Assembly (NCBI RefSeq): GCF_006345805.1
Contig: NC_043016.1
Location: 2,542,001-2,606,000, forward strand
Source of the DNA: Octopus sinensis
Lineage: Eukaryota
Length of the DNA stretch: 64,000 nucleotides
Reading direction: 5' to 3'
Shown: piece by piece, positions 54,013 to 64,000 of the stretch
Layout of the letters: each line of letters begins with the position of its first letter
How positions within the stretch are numbered: the stretch's first letter is position 1
The notes under the pieces: model-generated
Told to the model about the DNA's origin: nothing
Databases searched by the model: none
The model's input: the letters and a program-made list of their open reading frames with translations, nothing else
Position numbers and translations under genes: made by a program

Positions 54013-54161
54013 GTCTACCTATCTTTCTGTCTGCCTGCCTGTCTATCTGTCTATTTATCGAACTATCAATCCGTATGTTTGTCTGCCTGTTTATCTATTT
54101 GTCTCTATATTTATCTACCTAACAATCTCTCTCTCTATATTTATATATATATATATAAATT
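53920..54161. repeat. (CTAT)n/(CTGT)n/(TA)n tract abutting the tandem array
   Basis: Visible directly. Confidence 0.92.
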
Positions 54162-54392
54162 ATAGAAATATTAAAATAACTAAGTCTCTCTCTAAAAGAG
54201 AACAGCGGCAGCGTTCCCGGAAAATAATAGTTATCGCCATACTAATATGGCATTCTTATAAAAATAAGAAAAAAGCTGTCCGCTTATTAGCTCCATGAGG
54301 CCATCGCCTTAAGTTAGCTATTTGATACACAAACTGTATCCATATAACCTTCGAACAAGGGAGGTCAGTCGCTCCACACTACTTGACCGGCA

Positions 54393-54434
54393 GCTACAGA
54401 CACGTTTCGGGGTATTGCCCCTTTTCAATGCAGC
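54393..54434 (-). ncRNA. Type I hammerhead ribozyme, family B (first of 22 copies)
   Basis: GCUGCA UUGAAAA GGGG CAAUA CCCC GAAA CGUG UC UGUAGC: 6 bp stem I, U3-A8 core, 4 bp stem II, minimal stem III, GUC site between 54399 and 54398. Stem I extends via GGCUGGC/GCCGGUC and CUACU/AGUAG (54376-54453). Confidence 0.88.
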
Positions 54435-57400
54435 GTAGCCAGCCAGTAGGTGTCGCTTCCGACAATCTCTGTTCGATGGTTTTATTTTTACCTAGTTTCG
54501 GTGGAATACATCCACTTGTTTTCAATAATAGAATATTAAAATAACTAAGTCTCTCTAAAAGAGAACAGCGGCAGCGTTCCCGAAAATAATAGTTATCGCC
54601 ATACTAATATGGCATTCTTATAAAAATAGAAAAAAAGCTGTCCGCTTATTAGCTCCATGAGGCCATCGCCTTAAGTTAGCTATTTGATACACAAACTGTA
54701 TCCATATAACCTTCGAACAGGGGAGGTCAGTCGTTCCACACTACTTGACCGGCAGCTACAGACGCGTTTCGGGGTATTGCCCCTTTTCAATGCAGCGTAG
54801 CCAGCCAGTAGGTGTCGCTTCCGACAATCTCTGTTCGATGGTTTTATTTACCTAGTTTCGGTGGAATACATCCACTTGTTTTCAATAATAGAAATATTAA
54901 AATAACTAAGTCTCTCTAAAAGAGAACAGCGGCAGCGTTCCCGGAAAATAATAGTTATCGCCATACTAATATGGCATTCTTATAAAAATAAGAAAAAAGC
55001 TGTCCGCTTATTAGCTCCATGAGGCCATCGCCTTAAGTTAGCTATTTGATACACAAACTGTATCCATAAACCTTCGAACAAGGGAGGTCAGACGCTCCAC
55101 ACTACTTGACCGGCAGCTACAGACGCGTTTCGGGGTATTGCCCCTTTTCAATGCAGCGTAGCCAGCCAGTAGGTGTCGCTTCCGACAATCTCTGTTCGAT
55201 GGTTTTATTTACCTAGTTTCGGTGGAATACATCCACTTGTTTTCAATAATAGAAATATTAAAGTAACTAAGTCTCTCTAAAAGAGAACAGCGGCAGCGTT
55301 CCCGGAAAATAATAGTTATCGCCATACTAATATGGCATTCTTATAAAAATAAGAAAAAAGCTGTCCGCTTATTAGCTCTATGAGGCCATCGCCTTAAGTT
55401 AGCTATTTGATACACAAACTGTATCCATATAACCTTCGAACAAGGGAGGTCAGTCGCTCCACACTACTTGACCGGCAGATACAGACGCGTTTCGGGGTAT
55501 GGCCCCTTTTCAATGCAGCGTAGCCAGCCAGTAGGTGTCGCTTCCGACAATCTCTGTTCGATGGTTTTATTTACCTAGTTTCGGTGGAATACATCCACTT
55601 GTTTTCAATAATAGAAATATTAAAATAACTAAGTCTCTCTAAAAGAGAACAGCGGCAGCGTTCCCGGAAAATAATAGTTATCGCCATACTAATATGGCAT
55701 TCTTATAAAAATAAGAAAAAAGCTGTCCGCTTATTAGCTCTATGAGGCCATCGCCTTAAGTTAGCTATTTGATACACAAACTGTATCCATATAACCTTCG
55801 AACAAGGAGGTCAGTCGCTCCACACTACTTGACCGGCAGATACAGACGCGTTTCGGGGTATGGCCCCTTTTCAATGCAGCGTAGCCAGCCAGTAGGTGTC
55901 GCTTCCGACAATCTCTGTTCGATGGTTTTATTTACCTAGTTTCGGTGGAATACATCCACTTGTTTTCAATAATAGAAATATTAAAATAACTAAGTCTCTC
56001 TAAAAGAGAACAGCGGCAGCGTTCCCGGAAAATAATAGTTATCGCCATACTAATATGGCATTCTTATAAAAATAAGAAAAAAGCTGTCCGCTTATTAGCT
56101 CCATGAGGCCATCGCCTTAAGTTAGCTATTTGATACACAAACTGTATCCATATAACCTTCGAACAAGGGAGGTCAGACGCTCCACACTACTTGACCGGCA
56201 GCTACAGACGCGTTTCGGGGTATTGCCCCTTTTCAATGCAGCGTAGCCAGCCAGTAGGTGTCGCTTCCGACAATCTCTGATCGATGGTTTTATTTACCTA
56301 GTTTCGTGGAATACATCCACTTGTTTTCAATAATAGAAATATTAAAATAACTAAGTCTCTCTAAAAGAGAACAGCGGCAGCGTTCCCGGAATATAATAGT
56401 TATCGCCATACTAATATGGCATTCTTATAAAAATAAGAAAAAAGCTATCCGCTTATTAGCTCCATGAGGCCATCGCCTTAAGTTAGCTATTTGATACACA
56501 AACTGTATCCATATAACCTTCGAACAAGGGAGGTCAGACGCTCCACACTACTTGACCGGCAGCTACAGACGCGTTTCGGGGTATTGCCCCTTTTCAATGC
56601 AGCGTAGCCAGCCAGTAGGTGTCGCTTCCGACAATCTCTGTTCGATGGTTTTATTTACCTAGTTTCGGTGGAATACATCCACTTGTTTTCAATAATAGAA
56701 ATATTAAAATAACTAAGTCTCTCTAAAAGAGAACAGCGGCAGCGTTCTCGGAAAATAATAGTTATCGCCATACTAATATGGCATTCTTATAAAAATAAGA
56801 AAAAAGCTGTCCGCTTATTAGCTCCATGAGGCATCGCCTTAAGTTAGCTATTTGATACACAAACTGTATCCATATAACCTTCGAACAAGGGAGGTCAGTC
56901 GCTCCACACTACTTGACCGGCAGCTACAGACACGTTTCGGGGTATTGCCCCTTTTCAATGCAGCGTAGCCAGCCAGTAGGTGTCGCTTCCGACAATCTCT
57001 GTTCGATGGTTTTATTTACCTAGTTTCGGTGGAATACACCCACTTGTTTTCAATAATAGAAATATTAAAATAACTAAGTCTCTCTAAAAGAGAACAGCGG
57101 CAGCTTTCCCGGAAAATAATAGTTATCGCCATACTAATATGGCATTCTTATAAAAATAAGAAAAAAGCTGTCCGCTTATTAGCTCCATGAGGCCATCGCC
57201 TTAAGTTAGCTATTTGATACACAAACTGTATCCATATAACCTTCGAACAAGGGAGGTCAGTCGCTCCACACTACTTGACCGGCAGCTACAGACACGTTTC
57301 GGGGTATTGCCCCTTTTCAATGCAGCGTAGCCAGCCAGTAGGTGTCGCTTCCGACAATCTCTGTTCGATGGTTTTATTTACCTAGTTTCGGTGGAATACA

Positions 57401-60400
57401 CCCACTTGTTTTCAATAATAGAAATATTAAAATAACTAAGTCTCTCTAAAAGAGAACAGCGGCAGCTTTCCCGGAAAATAATAGTTATCGCCATACTAAT
57501 ATGGCATTCTTATAAAAATAAGAAAAAAGCTGTCCGCTTATTAGCTCCATGAGGCCATCGCCTTAAGTTAGCTATTTGATACACAAACTGTATCCATATA
57601 CCTTCGAACAAGGGAGGTCAGACGCTCCACACTACTTGACCGGCAGCTACAGACGCGTTTCGGGGTATTGCCCCTTTTCAATGCAGCGTAGCCAGCCAGT
57701 AGGTGTCGCTTCCGACAATCTCTGATCGATGGTTTTATTTACCTAGTTTCGGTGGAATACATCCACTTGTTTTCAATAATAGAAATATTAAAATAACTAA
57801 GTCTCTCTAAAAGAAACAGCGGCAGCTTTCCCGGAAAATAATAGTTATCGCCATACTAATATGGCATTCTTATAAAAATAAGAAAAAAGCTGTCCGCTTA
57901 TTAGCTCCATGAGGCCATCGCCTTAAGTTAGCTATTTGATACACAACTGTATCCATATAACCTTCGAACAAGGGAGGTCAGTCGCTCCACACTACTTGAC
58001 CGCAGCTACAGACACGTTCGGGTATTGCCCCTTTTCAATGCAGCGTAGCCAGCCAGTAGGTGTCGCTTCCGACAATCTCTGTTCGATGGTTTTATTTACC
58101 TAGTTTCGGTGGAATACACCCACTTGTTTTCAATAATAGAAATATTAAAATAACTAAGTCTCTCTAAAAGAGAACAGCGGCAGCTTTCCGGAAAATAATA
58201 GTTATCGCCATACTAATATGGCATTCTTATAAAAATAAGAAAAAAGCTGTCCGCTTATTAGCTCCATGAGGCCATCGCCTTAAGTTAGCTATTTGATACA
58301 CAAACTGTATCCATATAACCTTCGAACAAGGGAGGTCAGACGCTCCACACTACTTGACCGGCAGCTACAGACGCGTTTCGGGGTATTGCCCCTTTTCAAT
58401 GCAGCGTAGCAGCCAGTAGGTGTCGCTTCGACAATCTCTGATCGATGGTTTTATTTACCTAGTTTCGGTGGAATACATCCACTTGTTTTCAATAATAGAA
58501 ATATTAAAATAACTAAGTCTCTCTAAAAGAGAACAGCGGCAGCGTTCCCGGAAAATAATAGTTATCGCCATACTAATATGGCATTCTTATAAAATAAGAA
58601 AAAAGCTGTCCGCTTATTAGCTCCATGAGGCCATCGCCTTAAGTTAGCTATTTGATACACAAACTGTATCCATATAACCTTCGAACAAGGGAGGTCAGTC
58701 GCTCCACACTACTTGACCGGCAGCTACAGACGCGTTTCGGGGTATTGCCCCTTTTCAATGCAGCGTAGCCAGCCAGTAGGTGTCGCTTCCGACAATCTCT
58801 GTTCGATGGTTTTATTTACCTAGTTTCGGTGGAATACATCCACTTGTTTTCAATAATAGAAATATTAAAATAACTAAGTCTCTCTAAAAGAGAACAGCGG
58901 CAGCGTTCTCGGAAAATAATAGTTATCGCCATACTAATATGGCATTCTTATAAAAATAAGAAAAAAGCTGTCCGCTTATTAGCTCCATGAGGCCATCGCC
59001 TTAAGTTAGCTATTTGATACACAAACTGTATCCATATAACCTTCGAACAAGGGACCAGGAGGTCAGTCGCTCCACACTACTTGACCGCAGCTACAGACAC
59101 GTTTCGGGGTATTGCCCCTTTTCAATGCAGCGTAGCCAGCCAGTAGGTGTCGCTTCCGACAATCTCTGTTCGATGGTTTTATTTACCTAGTTTCGGTGGA
59201 ATACACCCACTTGTTTTCAATAATAGAAATATTAAAATAACTAAGTCTCTCTAAAAGAGAACAGCGGCAGCTTTCCCGGAAAATAATAGTTATCGCCATA
59301 CTAATATGGCATTCTTATAAAAATAAGAAAAAAGCTGTCCGCTTATTAGCTCCATGAGGCCATCGCCTTAAGTTAGCTATTTGATACACAAACTGTATCC
59401 ATATAACCTTCGAACAAGGGAGGTCAGACGCTCCACACTACTTGACCGGCAGCTACAGACGCGTTTCGGGGTATTGCCCCTTTTCAATGCAGCGTAGCCA
59501 GCCAGTAGGTGTCGCTTCCGACAATCTCTGATCGATGGTTTTATTTACCTAGTTTCGGTGGAATACATCCACTTGTTTTCAATAATAGAAATATTAAAAT
59601 AACTAAGTCTCTCTAAAAGAGAACAGCGGCAGCGTTCCCGGAATATAATAGTTATCGCCATACTAATATGGCATTCTATAAAAATAAGAAAAAAGCTGTC
59701 CGCTTATTAGCTCCATGAGGCCATCGCCTTAAGTTAGCTATTTGATACACAACTGTATCCATATAACCTTCGAACAAGGGAGGTCAGACGCTCCACACTA
59801 CTTGACCGCAGCTACAGACGCGTTTCGGGGTATAGCCCCTTTTCAATGCAGCGTAGCCAGCCAGTAGGTGTCGCTTCCGACAATCTCTGATCGATGGTTT
59901 TATTTACCTAGTTTCGGTGGAATACATCCACTTGTTTTCAATAATAGAAATATTAAAATAACTAAGTCTCTCTAAAAGAGAACAGCGGCAGCGTTCCCGG
60001 AAATTAATAGTTATCGCCATACTAATATGGCATTCTTATAAAAATAAGAAAAAAGCTGTCCGCTTATTAGCTCCATGAGGCCATCGCCTTAAGTTAGCTA
60101 TTTGATACACAAACTGTATCCATATAACCTTCGAACAAGGGAGGTCAGACGCTCCACACTACTTGACCGGCAGCTACAGACGCGTTTCGGGGTATTGCCC
60201 CTTTTCAATGCAGCGTAGCCAGCCAGTAGGTGTCGCTTCCGACAATCTCTGTTCGATGGTTTTATTTACCTAGTTTCGGTGGAATACATCCACTTGTTTT
60301 CAATAATAGAAATATTAAAATAACTAAGTCTCTCTAAAAGAGAACAGCGGCAGCGTTCTCGGAAAATAATAGTTATCGCCATACTAATATGGCATTCTTA

Positions 60401-61981
60401 TAAAAATAAGAAAAAAGCTGTCCGCTTATTAGCTCCATGAGGCCATCGCCTTAAGTTAGCTATTTGATACACAAACTGTATCCATATAACCTTCGAACAA
60501 GGGAGGTCAGTCGCTCCACACTACTTGACCGGCAGCTACAGACACGTTTCGGGGTATTGCCCCTTTTCAATGCAGCGTAGCCAGCCAGTAGGTGTCGCTT
60601 CCGACAATCTCTGTTCGATGGTTTTATTTACCTAGTTTCGGTGGAATACACCCACTTGTTTTCAATAATAGAAATATTAAAATAACTAAGTCTCTCTAAA
60701 AGAGAACAGCGGCAGCTTTCCCGGAAAATAATAGTTATCGCCATACTAATATGGCATTCTTATAAAAATAAGAAAAAAGCTGTCCGCTTATTAGCTCCAT
60801 GAGGCCATCGCCTTAAGTTAGCTATTTGATACACAAACTGTATCCATATAACCTTCGAACAAGGGAGGTCAGACGCTCCACACTACTTGACCGGCAGCTA
60901 CAGACGCGTTTCGGGGTATTGCCCCTTTTCAATGCAGCGTAGCCAGCCAGTAGGTGTCGCTTCCGACAATCTCTGATCGATGGTTTTATTTACCTAGTTT
61001 CGGTGGAATACATCCACTTGTTTTCAATAATAGAAATATTAAAATAACTAAGTCTCTCTAAAAGAGAACAGCGGCAGCGTTCCCGGAATATAATAGTTAT
61101 CGCCATACTAATATGGCATTCTTATAAAAATAAGAAAAAAGCTGTCCGCTTATTAGCTCCATGAGGCCATCGCCTTAAGTTAGCTATTTGATACACAAAC
61201 TGTATCCATATAACCTTCGAACAAGGGAGGTCAGACGCTCCACACTACTTGACCGGCAGCTACAGACGCGTTTCGGGGTATAGCCCCTTTTCAATGCAGC
61301 GTAGCCAGCCAGTAGGTGTCGCTTCCGACAATCTCTGATCGATGGTTTTATTTACCTAGTTTCGGTGGAATACATCCACTTGTTTTCAATAATAGAAATA
61401 TTAAAATAACTAAGTCTCTCTAAAAGAGAACAGCGGCAGCGTTCCCGGAAAATAATAGTTATCGCCATACTAATATGGCATTCTTATAAAAATAAGAAAA
61501 AAGCTGTCCGCTTATTAGCTCCATGAGGCCATCGCCTTAAGTTAGCTATTGATACACAAACTGTATCCATATAACCTTCGAACAAGGGAGGTCAGACGCT
61601 CCACACTACTTGACCGGCAGCTACAGACGCGTTTCGGGGTATTGCCCCTTTTCAATGCAGCGTAGCCAGCCAGTAGGTGTCGCTTCCGACAATCTCTGTT
61701 CGATGGTTTTATTTACCTAGTTTCGTGGAATACATCCACTTGTTTTCAATAATAGAAATATTAAAATAACTAAGTCTCTCTAAAAGAGAACAGCGGCAGC
61801 GTTCCGGAAAATAATAGTTATCGCCATACTAAATGGCATTCTTATAAAAAATAAGGAAAAAAAGCTGTCCGCTTATTAGCTCCATGAGGCCATCGCCTTA
61901 AGTTAGCTATTTGATACACAAACTGTATCCATATAACCTTCGAACAAGGGAGGTCAGTCGCTCCACACTACTTGACCGGCA

Positions 61982-62023
61982 GCTACAGACGCGTTTCGGG
62001 GTATTGCCCCTTTTCAATGCAGC
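61982..62023 (-). ncRNA. Type I hammerhead ribozyme, family B (last of 22 copies)
   Basis: Same motif with stem III ACGCGU. Confidence 0.88.
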
Positions 62024-62334
62024 GTAGCCAGCCAGTAGGTGTCGCTTCCGACAATCTCTGTTCCATGGTTTTACTTACCTAGTTTCGGTGGAATACATTC
62101 ACTTGTTTTCAATAATAGAGATATTAAAATAACTAAGTCTCTCTAAAAGAGAACAGCGGCAGCGTTCCCGGAAAATAATAGTTATCGCCATACTAATATG
62201 GCATTCTTATAAAAATAAGAAAAAAGCTGTCCGCTTATTAGCTCCATGAGGCCATCGCCTTAAGTTAGCTATTTGATACACAAACTGTATCCATATAATT
62301 ATATATATCCATATAATTATATATATAATTATAA

Positions 62335-62458
62335 CGAGGGGTCAGCGTTATGCTTCGCCACATACTGATTACAAATAGACGCTGTCTATTTTTTTTCGAT
62401 ACCATAAAATCTTCGAGAAATAATACACTTTTAATGTAGGCAAAAAGCTGACCCCTTG
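62335..62458. mobile_element. Possible ~125 bp MITE with mariner-like ends
   Basis: CGAGGGGTCAGC and GCTGACCCCTTG form an 11/12 inverted match; the TA target duplication is not clean. Confidence 0.35.
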
Positions 62459-62579
62459 ATATAATTATGTATATAAGTATAAAATACTTTGTAAAATTTA
62501 CGTAAAAGCTTTTTATTTCCGTACTAGCTACCTGGTAAAATTATTATTGATTATACCCTAAATTATTAATATGTATATA

Positions 62580-62850
62580 TCATCATCATCATCATCATCG
62601 TTTAACGTACGCTTCCCATGCTTGCATGGGTTGGACGGCTTGTCTGAGGATTAGTGAGCCAGAGGCTGCACTAGGCTTAATTTGATCTGGCAAAGTTTCT
62701 ACAGCTGGATGCCCTTCCTAACTCCAACCACTCCGAGAGTGTTGTGGGTGCGTTTACGTACCACCGGCACAAGGGCCAGTCAGGTGGTTCTGGCAACGAC
62801 CACGCTCCAAAGGTGTTTTTATGTGCTACCTGCATGGGATCAGCCGAAAT
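62580..62850 (-). mobile_element. RTE-type 3' end (LINE or SINE tail) with a (GAT)n tail
   Basis: (CAT)n followed by CGTTTAACGT...GGATGCCCTTCCTAACTCCAACC, a pattern I recognise from RTE 3' ends; clade not verified. Confidence 0.55.
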
Positions 62851-62980
62851 TGCGAGGATGATCCGGTTCTTGACTGAAGATTGAAGGCTTCGAATGTCCC
62901 GTCCGTGTTTTTTGTATCGTCTTCTAAATGTTTTGCGTTCTTGTCCCAGTTTGTATTTTTTTACGCATACACACACACAC

Positions 62981-63094
<114 letters not shown>

Positions 63095-63174
63095 GACTTA
63101 GATAAACTTAGATATGTTTCAACCAAAGATTGGTCGAGACCATGTCTAACTAATAGCACCACCTGATAGGATTA

Positions 63175-63620
63175 TCTAAATCCTGTTTAAGTCAAGTTTT
63201 GTTTATGGTCCATTCCAGTAGTGAGTTCTTGTTGGGTGAGTTGTATACAATTATGGGTGGCTTATCCGGTATTCCTTGAAGAAATCTATCCAGACTCTGT
63301 TTAAAGTTGATGGGATCCTTTTTCCGCTTTGATCTCTTTCGAGACAATGTTAAACAGGGCAGGCCCTATTGAGGAAAAGGCTTTAATCAAAGAACAAATT
63401 GAACGTCTCCAAGATACACATGGTTCCAGAGGATCACTACCAAAAACTATTCATAATGTTCTATGTTCACACTGCCTGTCACGCTGCAGTTAAATTTGGT
63501 AATATGTCTTAACACTGTAAGGATTTGATGCAGATGCTGCTAAAATGTAAACTACCATTTCAATGTGCTCATGGGCGCCCATCTCTGATTCCTCTGCTTA
63601 ATCTTCAATATTTTTAAAAT
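63175..63620 (-). mobile_element. Non-LTR retrotransposon ORF2 C-terminal remnant (CR1/Jockey-like, clade uncertain)
   Basis: Minus-strand frameshifted SSIGPALFNIVSKEIKAEKDPINFKQSLDRFLQGIPDKPP..NKNSLLEW*. Confidence 0.55.
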
Positions 63621-64000
63621 AGCCTTGAAAAATCGAGGTTCCGTAAAATAAACCTGCAAAAACTACGAGAATATCTTATAGAGCAACAACAAGGATTACA
63701 TCAAAAGGAGGAGAACTTGTAATATTTTCTTAAAATTAGTTTAATAACTTTTTTTCTTTCACCAAAATTTCAGATGGATTTCTTTCTTCAGGAAGCTGTT
63801 TATTTTTTTGCCATTCTAAATTTTGATGATGTCGGATATTTTGATTGTGAACAAAAGAGTGGCAGAAATGGTACTAGTAACAGACTAAATGCTTCGTGGG
63901 GTATTTTTTAATTGATTTATTTCTTTACGTTTCCTTAATGTTGTGAGTCCAAATCTTTTTGGACATTCTGAGTTCAAATACTGCCATAGCCAACTTTGCT

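Larger units (their letters stand above)
54162..62298 (-). repeat. Tandem array of a 362 bp hammerhead-bearing monomer (22 full units plus a half unit); non-LTR retrozyme-like satellite, family B
   Basis: The unit anchor GAAATATT falls at 54165, 54531, 54891, 55252, 55614 ... 61395, 61755 and 62118 (spacing 357-367, mode 362). Units differ by only a few bases. No ORF is listed anywhere in the array. Confidence 0.97.

Noticed and set aside
386-54165. Dozens of long low-complexity ORFs (poly-V/M, YIYI, HTHT, CVCV, LSIY, poly-F/L/R)
   Set aside because: They are translations of microsatellites, with no domain content.
54162-62298. Array as CRISPR, 5S rDNA, snRNA or tRNA tandem genes
   Set aside because: There are no unique spacers or cas genes, and I recognise no 5S, snRNA or tRNA sequence or cloverleaf in the unit.

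Overview
AT-rich, microsatellite-saturated animal DNA. The SINE families, repeat density and transposon mix resemble a cephalopod (Octopus-like) genome; this is inference, no search was run. I find no supportable host protein-coding gene. Almost all listed ORFs are microsatellite translations or decayed transposon fragments: seven R4/Dong-like RLE LINE pieces mostly set in (TAA)n tracts, five Tc1/mariner remnants, a Penelope-like GIY-YIG remnant, three tRNA-derived SINE families, and a 100-N scaffold gap at 24722-24821. The main result is a set of hammerhead ribozyme (HHR) repeats that the ORF track cannot show. (1) An 8.1 kb tandem array (54162-62298, about 22.5 x 362 bp) carries a type I HHR on the minus strand of every full unit, with a non-canonical but compensated U3-A8 core and a palindromic minimal stem III. 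(2) An unrelated 357 bp HHR monomer family (36242-37140) sits in an inverted, more-than-unit-length arrangement with a candidate target-site duplication. (3) There is a solitary canonical-core HHR at 46256-46330 and (4) a weaker HHR in a ~290 bp inverted-repeat pair at 37.9 and 40.5 kb. Together these look like non-LTR retrozymes (self-cleaving, probably circular-RNA-forming, Penelope-dependent retroelements). All base pairings were checked by eye; no folding program, database search or cleavage assay was run.
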